A stretch of DNA of 63,797 nt, filler included, from Octopus bimaculoides (taxonomy: Eukaryota): NCBI RefSeq assembly GCF_001194135.2. It is 7 parts of 7 records of this genome, joined end to end, with 100 filler letters (N's around TTAATTAATTAA, not from the genome) between each part and the next. Parts side by side here need not be neighbours in the genome. Positions count along the whole stretch, not along the records: positions 29,329 to 49,054 come from NC_069003.1; positions 49,155 to 57,418 come from NC_068986.1; 5 more parts are not named here. One strand, written 5' to 3'. Position 1 is the stretch's first letter; each line of letters begins with the position of its first letter. The position numbers were made by a program, and so were the translations under genes. Below, piece after piece: positions 37,101 through 50,378 of this stretch. The notes under the pieces are model-generated. The model was given only the letters and a program-made list of their open reading frames with translations. It searched no databases and was not told the DNA's origin.

Positions 37101-37468
37101 NNNNNNNNNNNNNNNNNNNNNNNNNNNNNNNNNNNNNNNNNNNNNNNNNNNNNNNNNNNNNNNNNNNNNNNNNNNNNNNNNNNNNNNNNNNNNNNNNNNN
37201 NNNNNNNNNNNNNNNNNNNNNNNNNNNNNNNNNNNNNNNNNNNNNNNNNNNNNNNNNNNNNNNNNNNNNNNNNNNNNNNNNNNNNNNNNNNNNNNNNNNN
37301 NNNNNNNNNNNNNNNNNNNNNNNNNNNNATGTATATATATATATATACATATATACGACGGGCTTCTTTCAGTTTCCGTCTACCAAATCCACTCACAAGG
37401 CTCTGGTCGGCCCGAGGCTACAGTAGAAGACACTTTCCGAAGGTGCCACGCAGTGGCACTGAACCCGG
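36872..37468 (-). mobile_element. SINE family A with gap in the internal microsatellite
   Basis: Tail at 36872, head segment near 37460. Confidence 0.85.
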
Positions 37469-37996
37469 AATTGTGTTAAAATATTAAAAGAAAATTTTTT
37501 TTTGGGGGGGGGGTTCCACCCACCGGTGGTGTATATATGTTTCTTGAAAGTTACGGTGGCGCTTGTGGAAGAGATAGGTTGGGAAACAATGTTGAATACA
37601 TTTCGATAGCGTAAGGGATACAAGTCTCTGAAAGATTCTTTCGGCCATTCGATAACATGAGTATCAGATATTCACAGACAAAATAGATTAAGACAATAGC
37701 AAGAAAGTAAATTCGCGTTTAGAAAACTGCACAGAATAGTGAAAAAGGCCAGGGAAAATATTAATAATACTTCAGTGACCCTCATATTTCAACAAAACGT
37801 TGACATTTCGCTTTGATGAACAAATCAATAGGACTTAGTTGAAGCAGTAAATGCTACATGAATCGTTATACAATGTATCATAGCTGGTCGTAACATTTAG
37901 GTCACAACTAATTACTATATTCGGATCGGAGGAGTATTATTGTAAACATTTGATTGTAATAACAAATGTTACCTATGAGGTATAATAGCCGAAATG

Positions 37997-38385
37997 TGTG
38001 GGCGTAATGGCTCAGTGGTTAGGGCAGCGGACTCGCAGTCGTAGGATCGCGGTTTCGATTCCCAGACCGGGTGTTGTCAGTGTTTATTTATTGAGCGAAA
38101 AGTCCTAAAGTTCCACAAGGCTCCGGCAAAGGGTTGTGGCGAACCCTGCTGTACTCTTTCACCACAACTTTCTCTCACTCTTTCTTCCTGTTTCTGTTGT
38201 ACCTGTATTTCAAAGGGTCAGGCTTCCCACACTCTGTGTCACGCTGAATATCCCCGAGAATTATATTAAGGGTACACGTGTCTGTGGAGTGCTCAGCCAC
38301 TTACACGTTAATTTCACGAGCAGGCTGTTCCGTTGATCGGATCAACTGGAACCCTTGTCGTCGTAACCGACGGAGTGCCACGAAT
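37997..38385 (+). mobile_element. SINE family C variant
   Basis: tRNA-like head TGGCTCAGTGGTTAGGGC...GGTTTCGATTCCC; C-type tail ending GACGGAGTGCC. Confidence 0.85.
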
Positions 38386-38479
38386 AACTGAAATGAAAAA
38401 TAGGTGATTGTGAAAACAGGCCTTTTTCTGTTTGGTGTGCAAATTTCTCTGGCATTACATAGTATCAAATTTTGACAAA

Positions 38480-39975
38480 ACGCCAGCAGGGGATAAGTCA
38501 ATTACATCTAACCCCAGTGCTCCACTGGTACTTATTTTATCGACCCAAAAAACATAAAACGCTAATGCGACCTCGGCAGAATTTGAAGTCGGAACGTAAT
38601 GACGGACGAAATGCGACTAAGTATTTCTCCCGACGTGCTCAAGATTCTGCCAACTGATCGCCTTATCTGGCATTATATTAAAAGGCGAATACACGAAACC
38701 CCATTCTTATTTGCGATGTACTATCACTTTTTATACGGCTGCATGCAGGAATTGAACACGAGTACCGTGGAATTCGAAAGAAACTGATAGAATCCCAGGA
38801 TTTAAGAATATGTGTGTGTAGTAATAATAACAATCCTTTCTTTTAAAGGCACAAGGTGTCAAATTTGTGGAGAGAGGATTAGTGGAATACATCAACCCCC
38901 AGGGTTTCACTGGTACTTAATTTATCGACCCCGAAAGGATGAAAGGTAAGTCGACCTCCGAACTCCGAATGTAGTGACGGGTGAAATATCGCTAAGCATT
39001 TCGTCCAGATATCGACCCTGCCAGTTCGCTGCTAATAATAATAAGCATCCGTCGGTCTCCAGGGACCATTGGTCTGCACCCGGAGAATTTGTGTCAGTTG
39101 CTGAGGGTTCAGTGGCTGCTCTGACGGTGTAGGCTCACACGGGTGAGGCATCTTGTACACAGCGAAATCAATAATTTATTGACCAGTTGCGTACTGAGGT
39201 CGATCAAATGGTTTGGCCCTCTCCGCAAAATTGCGGGCTTCGTGCCAAGATTAGAAAAGAATATATTACATGAAGTACACTATTTGCGAATTTTTATTCA
39301 TGGGAGGTTACTCTTGAATAAGACTGGTGAGTTATATCCCATGAAAATAATCCCTATCACCTATTATTTCACTTAACGCTGCGTACCATTTGATAATAAA
39401 TCTATTCAATACTTATAAACATGCAGCTTATTGTGACATGCGCATGCAGCACATTTCTATATGCTGCTGTTGTGCATTCTCCCTATCTTCCTTCTCTCTC
39501 TGTCTGTGTGTGTATTGGCAGAAACGTTAGAAGCACGCTGGCTGAAATGCTAAGCGGTATTTCGTCTGCAGTTACGTTCTGAGTTCAAATTCCACCGAGG
39601 TCGACTTTGCCTTTCATCCTTTCGTGGTCGATAAAATAAGCACCAGTTGCGTACTGGGTTGATCTAATCGACTGCCCCCCCTCTCCAAAAAATTCTGGCC
39701 TTGTGCCAAGAGTAGAAAAAATATATATATATATTTATTCATAAGGGCGGTGAGCTGGCAGAATGGTTAGCACGCTGGGCGAAGTGCTGAGCGGTATTTC
39801 GTCTGCCGTTAATTTCTGAGCTCAAATTCCACCGGGGTCGACTTTGCCTTCCATCCTTTCCGGGTCGATTACACCGGTACCAGTTTGCACTGGGGTCGAT
39901 GAAATCGACTTAATCCCTTTGTCTGTCCTTGTTTGTCCCCTCTGTGTTTAGCCCCTTGTGGGCAATAAAGAAATA
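38480..39975. mobile_element. cluster of five SINE family B copies or fragments in both orientations
   Basis: Minus 38480-38665 and 38825-39032; plus 39175-39262, 39515-39720 and 39743-39975. Confidence 0.8.
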
Positions 39976-40129
39976 GATATATATTTATATATTTGTATAC
40001 ATATCGCATCATACAGACAAGGGGGTAATATTTCGAACCCCCTACAACCGTGAAAGCAACAGAAAGACGGAGTATTTAACCCTTCTATGACAGAAGAAGC
40101 TGCATTCATATGTATCTGATGTATTGTCT

Positions 40130-40465
40130 TATTCTTTCATTTGTTTCAGTCATTTCACTGCCGCCATGCTGGAGCACCGCCTGTAGTCGAACAAAGCCTA
40201 GTATTTATACTATCGGTCTCTGTTTTTACTGTACCGCTAATTTTACGGGGACGTAAACACACCAGCATCGGTTTTCAAGCGAGGGTTGGATGGCGGGACA
40301 AACACAGACGCGCAAACATACACATATATGCCAAATCCACTCAGAAGGCTTTGATTGGCCCGAGGCTATAGCAGAAGACACTTGCTCAAGCTGCCACGCA
40401 GTGGGACTGAACCCAGAACCATGTGTTTGGTGAGCAAGCTACTTACAACACAGCCACTCCTGCGC
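40130..40465 (-). mobile_element. SINE family A
   Basis: Tail TTTCAGTCATTT near 40145, head ACAGCCACTCCTGCGC near 40460. Confidence 0.85.
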
Positions 40466-40740
40466 GTATGTGTGTGTGCGTGTGCGTGTGCGTGTGCGTG
40501 ACTGTGTGTGCCTGTGTGTCTGTGTGTGTATGTATGTATGCATGCATGTATACATGGATATATTTATATATATCCGTGTGGGTGTCTACTGTCTTTATTC
40601 CCACTCCACTACCACGTAACAACTACATATATACATACATATATAGACGTATGGGAGTATTGTGTATGTATACATGTCTGTAAGCATGTATGTATGTATG
40701 ATTGCGTGCATATACATGTAGTTGTATGTATATATATACG

Positions 40741-40775
<35 letters not shown>

Positions 40776-41230
40776 GCCAATATGCAATTACAAATATACA
40801 TTGCATACATACTGTTGTCAATGTGTCTGTTTATATTTTCTGAATCCTGCATTCTGCATCTACTACAATAGATGCACACATGCACTGCACCAGACGACAA
40901 TGTACTCAAAGAACCTATGGCATCCGTTACATTTACTGCAACACAATTATGCACCAGTAGTCTTTTTCTGCTGCACTATCAAATGCAACATGCCAACATT
41001 AATGTATCGTCTTTGCATTCGTCTCTTTGATCTCCATTGCACGTTGTCATGCTCGCTGCACTTTCAGTGCAACTAGCCTTTCTGCTGCAATATATATAAT
41101 GCACCAGTGTAATGCTTTATCACGCCAGCATTTTGTATTTTCTGTGCATTTTCTAAATATTGCAAAAACGCTGCACTTGCTCATGCGCGCTGGATGCTTT
41201 CGTCTGTTACTCACTGGACAGCTGCTGCTG

Positions 41231-41500
41231 GTGATGATGATGATGATGATGATGATAATGATGATGATGATGGTGGTGATGATGATGCTGATGATGACGA
41301 TGACGACGACGACGATGATGATGATAAAGACGACGGCGATGATGATGATGATGATGCCGATGACGACGACGACGATGATGATGATGCCGATGACGACGAC
41401 GACGATGATGATGATGACGATGACGACGATGATGATGATGAAGAGGAGGATGATGATGATGAAGTTGATGATGACGATGATGATGATGATGATGATGATA

Positions 41501-41537
<37 letters not shown>

Positions 41538-41540
41538 CGA
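41231..41540. repeat. (GAT/GAC)n trinucleotide array
   Basis: Direct inspection; includes a repeated 30-bp unit containing GCC. Confidence 0.95.
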
Positions 41541-41884
41541 TGGAAGAGGAAGAACATCTCCACAAAAACGATGAAAATCCAAGATGACCTCCATGGAAGT
41601 TGAACGTAGAACTTCAGGCCAAGATACAACCCAAACGCTATGTATTTTCTCCGCTCCGCTAATTATTCTACAAGTTCAGACCCTTGATGATAACGATTAT
41701 GGTTTCGAAATTTTGGCGTAATATCAGCAACTTCAGGGAAAAGGCTACGTCGATTATATCGACCCCAGTACACAACTGGTACTTATTTTATCGCCCCCCA
41801 ACTCTTAACGCGTTGACGGACAAAATACTGTTGAGCTAAGTAAGCATTTTGCCCGGCGTGCTGTCAGTTTTGCCAGCTCACCTA

Positions 41885-41895
41885 TAATAATATTG

Positions 41896-41929
<34 letters not shown>

Positions 41930-41970
41930 CGACAATAAGACCAACAACAACAACAACAACAACAATGATG

Positions 41971-42016
<46 letters not shown>

Positions 42017-42076
42017 CGACAATAAGACCAACAACAACAACACCAATAATAACGACAATAAGAACAGCAACAACAA

Positions 42077-42135
<59 letters not shown>
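41885..42135. repeat. (AAT/AAC)n array with duplicated blocks
   Basis: AATAACAACGACAATAAGACCAACAACAAC occurs twice, plus a third variant. Confidence 0.9.
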
Positions 42136-43552
42136 GGATTGAAGCTACTCCTCCAGAAAGTAAAGAAGCAATAAAGAAGAATGCGACTGTTATCAAAAGA
42201 ACGATATTTCATCATCTCGGTCCAGGATTCGAACTCACAACCTCGCTATCGTAAGCTCGACGCTCTAACCACTGAGCCATGCGCCTTCACTACTACTACT
42301 ACTACTACTGCTACTACTGCTGCTACTACTGCTACTACTACTACTAATAATAATACTACTACTACTACTACTACTACCATAATAACAATAACCGTTTAGT
42401 ATCATTTAGCTACGTAACAAAATGTCTGCCACGCCAAACTTTCAAAGTTGCAATTTCTAAATTTAGAACGCAATCACTTGACAATTGATTTTCACATCCT
42501 AAATTTAATTTGTCTTTCGGACTATCAGGAATATCCAAAGATGATTTTCAGACTTTTAACTTGTTAAGTTTTCTCATAATTACCGTCTGGACCAAACCAA
42601 CAGACGTGGTATTTTGTCTGCAACGTAGTTAATGNNNNNNNNNNNNNNNNNNNNNNNNNNNNNNNNNNNNNNNNNNNNNNNNNNNNNNNNNNNNNNNNNN
42701 NNNNNNNNNNNNNNNNNNNNNNNNNNNNNNNNNNNNNNNNNNNNNNNNNNNNNNNNNNNNNNNNNNNNNNNNNNNNNNNNNNNNNNNNNNNNNNNNNNNN
42801 NNNNNNNNNNNNNNNNNNNNNNNNNNNNNNNNNNNNNNNNNNNNNNNNNNNNNNNNNNNNNNNNNNNNNNNNNNNNNNNNNNNNNNNNNNNNNNNNNNNN
42901 NNNNNNNNNNNNNNNNNNNNNNNNNNNNNNNNNNNNNNNNNNNNNNNNNNNNNNNNNNNNNNNNNNNNNNNNNNNNNNNNNNNNNNNNNNNNNNNNNNNN
43001 NNNNNNNNNNNNNNNNNNNNNNNNNNNNNNNNNNNNNNNNNNNNNNNNNNNNNNNNNNNNNNNNNNNNNNNNNNNNNNNNNNNNNNNNNNNNNNNNNNNN
43101 NNNNNNNNNNNNNNNNNNNNNNNNNNNNNNNNNNNNNNNNNNNNNNNNNNNNNNNNNNNNNNNNNNNNNNNNNNNNNNNNNNNNNNNNNNNNNNNNNNNN
43201 NNNNNNNNNNNNNNNNNNNNNNNNNNNNNNNNNNNNNNNNNNNNNNNNNNNNNNNNNNNNNNNNNNNNNNNNNNNNNNNNNNNNNNNNNNNNNNNNNNNN
43301 NNNNNNNNNNNNNNNNNNNNNNNNNNNNNNNNNNNNNNNNNNNNNNNNNNNNNNNNNNNNNNNNNNNNNNNNNNNNNNNNNNNNNNNNNNNNNNNNNNNN
43401 NNNNNNNNNNNNNNNNNNNNNNNNNNNNNNNNNNNNNNNNNNNNNNNNNNNNNNNNNNNNNNNNNNNNNNNNNNNNNNNNNNNNNNNNNNNNNNNNNNNN
43501 NNNNNNNNNNNNNNNNNNNNNNNNNNNNNNNNNNNNNNNNNNNNNNNNNNNN

Positions 43553-43618
<66 letters not shown>

Positions 43619-43771
43619 GTGTGCGCGCGTGTGTATTATGTACGTACGTATGTATGTATGTATGAATCCGTAGTTCAAAATTATCAAAAAAGACGACACA
43701 CAAAAATTAAATGACAGAGACAGGTGACGGAAAAACAAATAAGATTTGACGCTCAAGGAAGATAGAAGAAA

Positions 43772-43806
43772 TGTTTGACGTTTCGAACCTACGTCCTTCT
43801 ACAGAC
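43772..43806 (-). ncRNA. decayed second copy of the 25153-25190 hammerhead-like motif
   Basis: CTGTAGA A GGAC(GTAG)GTTC GAAAC GTC; stem I no longer pairs. Confidence 0.35.
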
Positions 43807-43831
43807 CGGGATGAGGAGAGATAACAGCTAT

Positions 43832-44140
43832 AGCTTCGAACCGACCAAAGCCTTTTGAGTGAATTTGGTAGAGGGAAACTGAAAGAAGCCCGTCGTATAT
43901 GTTTGTGTGTATGTATGTATGTGTGTGTGGACGTGTGTGTGTGTGTCAGTGCTTGTTCCCCCAGCATCACTTGACAACCGAAGCTGGTGTGTTTGCGTCC
44001 CCGTAACTTAGCGGTTCGGGTATATACACCGATATAATAAGTACTAGGCTTACAAACAATAAGTCCTGGGGTAGATTTGCTCGACTGAAGGCGATACTCC
44101 AGTATGGCCGCAGTCACAATGACATAAACACGTAAAAGAA
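43832..44140 (+). mobile_element. SINE family A, 5'-truncated
   Basis: From CCGACCAAAGCC to the tail. Confidence 0.85.
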
Positions 44141-44354
44141 AAACAAGCATACAAAAAAGACTATATGAATACTGGATAAACACCAGAAAACATTTCTTAG
44201 TTAATGTCCATCGTACATTCAACGTTTTCTCGTTAAAATCGAAATTTTTTAATGAAATATTTCGAAATATTTCGTGGGTTACCCAATGAAATGTAATGAC
44301 TGTAAAATCTCTACCAGCACCATTAATACCATCACTACAAACACCACTATCACT

Positions 44355-44748
44355 ACCTTTTCTACTCTAGGCACAAGGCCCGAAATGTTTGGGGAGGGGG
44401 CAAGTCGATTAGATCGACCCAGACCGCACTTGGTACTTAATTTATAGACCCCAAAAGAATGAAAGGCAACGTCGATCTCGGTGGAATTTGAACTCAGAAC
44501 GTAAAGATAAACGAAATACCGCTAAGCATTCTTTTCTTTTCTACTGTAGGCACAAGGCCCGAAATTTTGTGGGAGGGGCCAGTCGATTAGATCGATCCCA
44601 GTACGTAATTCGTACTTAATTTATCGACCCGCAAGGATGAAAGGCAAAGTCGACTTCGGTTGAATTTGAACTCAGAACAGAAAGAGAGACGAAATATCGT
44701 TAAGTATTTCGCCCGGCGTGCTAAAGATTCCTCCATCTCGCCACCTTC
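44355..44748 (-). mobile_element. two tandem SINE family B copies (tail type 2)
   Basis: TAGGCACAAGGCCCGAAAT near 44368 and 44548. Confidence 0.85.
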
Positions 44749-44771
44749 CACCACTATCATTACCACCATTA

Positions 44772-45090
44772 GACTAGCTGGGGACTCCGTCGGTTACGAC
44801 GATGAGTGTGCCAGTTGATCATCAATGGAACAGTTTGCTCATGAAATTAATGTGCGAGTCGCTGAGTACTCCACCTTAACGTGGTTCTCAGGGAGATTAA
44901 GCATAACACAGAATGTGAAATGGTTGACCCTTTGAAATACAGGTACAACTCATTGTTGCCAGGTGAGTGGATTGGAGCGAGGTGAAATAAAGTATCCTGC
45001 TGAAGGACACAACGCGCCGCTGGGAATCGAACGCACAACCTAACCATCGTGAGCCGAAAACACTAACCACTAAACGATGCGCCTTCACTA
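44772..45090 (-). mobile_element. SINE family C, full length
   Basis: Reverse complement of tRNA head, CORE-like segment and C tail. Confidence 0.85.
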
Positions 45091-45814
45091 CAGCCATTGT
45101 TAAGACCGCAAGTGCCACGCCCACCAACGCCACCACCATCCTCGCCACTACCGCCACCCCAACCACCACCACCACCGCCGTCATCACCACCGCCGTCACC
45201 ACCACCACCACCCNNNNNNNNNNNNNNNNNNNNNNNNNNNNNNNNNNNNNNNNNNNNNNNNNNNNNNNNNNNNNNNNNNNNNNNNNNNNNNNNNNNNNNN
45301 NNNNNNNNNNNNNNNNNNNNNNNNNNNNNNNNNNNNNNNNNNNNNNNNNNNNNNNNNNNNNNNNNNNNNNNNNNNNNNNNNNNNNNNNNNNNNNNNNNNN
45401 NNNNNNNNNNNNNNNNNNNNNNNNNNNNNNNNNNNNNNNNNNNNNNNNNNNNNNNNNNNNNNNNNNNNNNNNNNNNNNNNNNNNNNNNNNNNNNNNNNNN
45501 NNNNNNNNNNNNNNNNNNNNNNNNNNNNNNNNNNNNNNNNNNNNNNNNNNNNNNNNNNNNNNNNNNNNNNNNNNNNNNNNNNNNNNNNNNNNNNNNNNNN
45601 NNNNNNNNNNNNNNNNNNNNNNNNNNNNNNNNNNNNNNNNNNNNNNNNNNNNNNNNNNNNNNNNNNNNNNNNNNNNNNNNNNNNNNNNNNNNNNTTTTTT
45701 TTTTTTTTTGTTAAGCCAAAGGAAGTTTCTGCATCGGTCGGACGTTTTCGAATAGCACGACTGTGGAAAAAATTACTTTGAATGAAAACCCTTTCTACTA
45801 AGGGAAGAAGGCCT

Positions 45815-46010
45815 GACATTTTCTGGGAGGGGACAAGTCGATTACATTGACCCCATCACTGGTACTTAAGTTATCGACCCCAAAAAGGATAATAGCGTAT
45901 AGTCGCCTTCGGTGGAATTTGAACTCGGAACCTAGCGGCAGACGAAGTACCGCTAGGCAATTCGCTCGGAGTGCTAGCGATTCTGCCAGCATGCTGCTTT
46001 TATTCTACTG

Positions 46011-46093
<83 letters not shown>

Positions 46094-46552
46094 TTATTTG
46101 ATTATTGCCCTCAGGGGGCTAAACATAGAGGGGACAAACAAGGACAGACAAGGGGATTAAGTCGATTACATTGACTTCAGTGATTAACTGATACTTATTT
46201 TATTGACCGCGAAAGGATGAAAGGCAAAGTCGACCTCGGCGGAATTTGAACTCAGAACGTAGCGACGGGCGAAATACCGTTAAGCATTTCGTCCAGCGTG
46301 CCAACGATTCTGCCAGCTCAACACCTTAATAATAATAATAATAATCCTTTCAACTATAGGCACAAGGCCTGCAATTTTGGGGGAGGAGACTAGTCGATTA
46401 CACCGATCGCAGTACTCAACTGGTACTTAGTTTATTGACCCCAGAAAGGATGAAAGACAAAATCGACCTGTCCGGAATTTGAACTTACAACGTAGCGGCA
46501 AACGAAATACCGCTAAGCATTTCGCCGGGCGTGCTAACGATTCAGCCAGCGA
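45815..46552 (-). mobile_element. three same-orientation SINE family B copies separated by (ACT)n/(AAT)n
   Basis: Copies at about 45815-45995, 46095-46328 and 46342-46552. Confidence 0.85.
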
Positions 46553-47189
46553 ATGAAAACAGATTGTCTATGCTTGGTGTACATCGGTGTGCAACCCCTT
46601 GAAAATAGTAGCCAATTTACCCTCATATCACATTCTGCTGTCCGAAATAAAGGAGACACACATGAGATACAATTAAATGAGATGGTCACAGTTGGAACGC
46701 ATTTTTCTCAACACATTTGCTCAACCAAGATTGACCTGGGCGTAAGAGTTAACTACAACACCATCAACATCAGGCCGCAATAAGGTCGCCCGACTTGCTA
46801 GAAGTAACAGCCAAATCGCACTGAAATCCCATATGGATGGTTGTAAGAAATTGAGAGACTACGTCAGAACAGGAAAAGCGGAGCTGTCGAGATTGTCATG
46901 GTTGGAACCTCCTGCTACAAAGAAAGGAACGGAAGGACGTATTGAATAATGTATATACATATTCTAGCTCTTATCGTTTATCCTTTATTTGTTTCAGTGA
47001 TTAGACTGCGGCCATGCTAGAGCAGCAGCTTGAAGGTATTTAGTCGAACAAAACGATCCCACGACTAATAGTTTCAAAATTCTGTTATTTATTCTATTGA
47101 TGGATTTTGCCGAACCATTAAGTTAACGGAATATAGACAAACCATTACTGGTTGTCATGCGGCGAGGGATGGCAAAAGTTGATAGAACA

Positions 47190-47370
47190 CAGAGGGAGGG
47201 AGAGAGAGAGAGAGGGAGAGAGAGAGGGAGAGAGATGGAGAGACAAACAGACAGGCCGACAGACAGACAGAGACAGAGAAAGTGAGAGTGGGAGACAGGT
47301 AGACAAACAGACAGACACACAAAATGGCAGAGAGAGAAAGAAAGAGAGTGAGAGAGAGGGAGAGAGAGAA

Positions 47371-47409
<39 letters not shown>

Positions 47410-47480
47410 AACAGACAGAGACAGAGACAGAGAAAGAGAGAGACAGACAGAGATAGACAGAAAGATAGACAGATATATAG
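47190..47480. repeat. compound (AG)n/(AGAC)n microsatellite inside SINE A remnants
   Basis: Direct inspection. Confidence 0.9.
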
Positions 47481-49016
47481 ATAGATACTTTTTACTCTTT
47501 TACTTGTTTCAGTCATTTGAATGTGGCAATGCTGGAGCACCGCCTTTAGTCGAACAAATCGTCCCTAGGAATTCTATATAAGACAGGCTCTACGCACTCA
47601 CATACGCATTCACAGCCACGATTGGAACTCGGTCAAAAAGTTAAATAAATGAGATCAAGGGAGATTACTCTAATATCTTGTAATTATAGTTATCTCCCGT
47701 AGAAATTTACACGTAATCATTTTGCATTTGCAATATTTTAGACAATATGAATAAACTCTAAGACAAATATATACCCAAGCCTCAATATTAACCCAATGGA
47801 AGTATAGACAACTGTACAAGTAATATTTTTCTTTACAAATGGCGTTGCCATTTCTAATGTTGTGTTCACCACTGCAAGACAATTCGCACTGTCTTGCACT
47901 TCTTCAAATTATAATTTATTGGTATTTATTATTCAGAAGACATTTAGTTCGTTCATAGCAAAAGTTTCGGCTTTATACAAAGTTACTTAATTATTGTTTT
48001 ACGATAATTTTGACTGATTTGTTTCTTCTAAGAATCATATTCAATCCTCTGCTGTCTTCTAATATACTAATATACACACACACNNNNNNNNNNTATATAT
48101 ATATATATATCGAGGGTATGTGAGGTAATGATGTCAAGAAGACCCAGAGGTGTCAGGTAATGCTGAGTAAGTGGTATGGACAGATGGACAGATTATATTT
48201 AAGCTCTAGTTTCAGTGGTTATGCGAATGAGGAGTCCAACGTTGGTCATATATTAGCATGCATATATATAAAAACAAAATTATAAAAATTATATATATAT
48301 ATATGCGTGTTAGTGAGGGATTATCAATCCCAGTAAGATACTTCATAAGCTCTATGTTCGTACAGGAGACTAAAAATATTGCTTAGATTAATGTAGAAGT
48401 CCGCGTATACTCGTGGCAGGATCCCGAGTTATAGCTCATCACCACCTTTATATTGTAAATCCATTGTATTGCTTCAGTCAAAATGGTTTTTCGACGGGGT
48501 GATATGCAAGACAAGGTATCAATAATGGTGATATAACCAGAAATGATTCTGACGAAAGTAACATGAATTATTCTAGGTCGTCGAATATTTTCCAGCTGAT
48601 CAATGGACCGGTTGAGTAAACCTATCAATAACGAACTTGTTATGACTTCTGGAAACAGCTGTAAGTCAATATTTACTGCAATAAAGAAAAATATGTAATG
48701 ACCATTATCTATACCTTCTGGTCCAGTAGTAAGGGGGGTTGCATTCACGATCAGAAGATCGTGATTTCAATCTCAAGACCGAGTAGTGTTGTCTGTTCTT
48801 GAGCAAAACAATTCATCTTACCCTGCTCTGAGATCACTTCGACACCTGACCCTTGGTACACTTGTGCACCTGTTCAGACAACGTTGATATGATGGAAGAA
48901 TGTACAGCGCATATATTTGATCTTTTGATCACTATAAACGAATCATTTGTGCAGGTCTCCCGGCAAAAGCTAAACATTCATACGTTGTCTTCGACGGAAG
49001 ATTCCATCATATACAT

Positions 49017-49054
<38 letters not shown>

Positions 49055-49154
49055 NNNNNNNNNNNNNNNNNNNNNNNNNNNNNNNNNNNNNNNNNNNNTT
49101 AATTAATTAANNNNNNNNNNNNNNNNNNNNNNNNNNNNNNNNNNNNNNNNNNNN
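49055..49154. other. artificial scaffold-joining spacer
   Basis: 44 N + TTAATTAATTAA + 44 N. Confidence 0.95.
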
Positions 49155-49209
49155 AAATTTTGGGCCTTGTGCCTAGAGTAGAAAAGAAAAGAATATTTTA
49201 TTTCATTCC

Positions 49210-49400
49210 AAGGCGATGAGTTGGCAGAATCGTTACCGCACCGGGAAAAATGCGTAGCAGTATTTCGCCCGTCGCTATGTTCTGAGTTCAAATTCCGCCG
49301 AGGTCGAGTTTACCTTTTAACGTCTAAGGTCGATGAAATAAGTACCAGTCACATAATCGGTTTAATCCCTTCCACCGAAATTGCTGCCCTTGCGCCAACA
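49210..49400 (+). mobile_element. SINE family B
   Basis: GGCGATGAGTTGGCAGAATCGTTA...TTCTGAGTTCAAATTCCGCCGAGGTCGA. Confidence 0.8.
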
Positions 49401-50067
49401 TTTGAAATCAATGTTTCATTTCATTTAATTTCCTTGGAAAATTTACAGACTTTCTGTGTGTATATAAACAAACTAAGGAACATTATTTCTTGTAACTTTT
49501 TTATTACAAATATGCTATTCGGTATAATGCCCAAAACATTATACATATTTAAACATACACACACTGCAAACTAACAGAACGACAATGATAAAAATCTCTA
49601 TCAAAAACCATATTGAAGTGAATTTATTTAATGCAACCCCTCGCTGCAAACCAAACATTAACCATAGAAAGCTAGTATTGGGACGAATAGATCACACTCG
49701 CTCAATGACAAATATTTAATAGTTTCGGCAAAAACGGGAGACAACCCCAGGCAAGTTTTGGTTTTATTTGACTTCTTCGGTGAAACACAGACTCAAGGAA
49801 AGTAGTGGTATGGTCATCATTATGTAAGATTACTGTATAATAACCAGAGCATTATGCGTAGAAAATAAACATCGACAAACTATTGAGTTTAATTACTCGG
49901 CGATGGCACATAACACTATTTCGGCAAGTGTGGTCTATGCTTCACTGACGAGATCTATAAGGCAGGAATGTACGAAATTTTCTCCCTTACATTCAAAATG
50001 ATAAAAATTATATTTGTCATTGAAGTAACGTTCTCCACGCCCCCATCTTATTACTATTTCGAGTGTG

Positions 50068-50378
50068 AAAGCGCTTGGCTTAGCAGTAAGGTTATTGGTA
50101 TCACGATCATAAAGTCATGAGTTCGATTCCCGACAGCGCGTTGTGTCCTTGAGCAAGACACTTTATTTCACATCGCTCCAAATCACCCAGCTATCAAAAA
50201 TGAGCAGTACCTGTATTTCAAAGGGGCCAACCTTGTCGCATTGTGTGTCAAGCCGATTCTCCCTGAGAACTATGTTAAGTGTGCACTTGTATGTGGAGTG
50301 CTCAGCCACTTGAACGTTAATTTCACGAGCAGGCCGTTCCATTGACTGGATCAAGGGGAACGCTCGCCGTCGTAACAG
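50068..50378 (+). mobile_element. SINE family C
   Basis: Head, TGTGTCCTTGAGCAAGACACTTTATTTCAC and C tail. Confidence 0.85.

Noticed and set aside
41027-41629. Poly-Asp/Met/His/Ser/Ile ORFs
   Set aside because: All are translations of one (GAT)n microsatellite. The same applies to the HT/VC/YI-repeat ORFs throughout the window.
48383-48748. 121-aa minus ORF and a plus-strand GTAAGT donor near 48661
   Set aside because: No recognisable motif; the implied plus-strand exon has stops in all frames.
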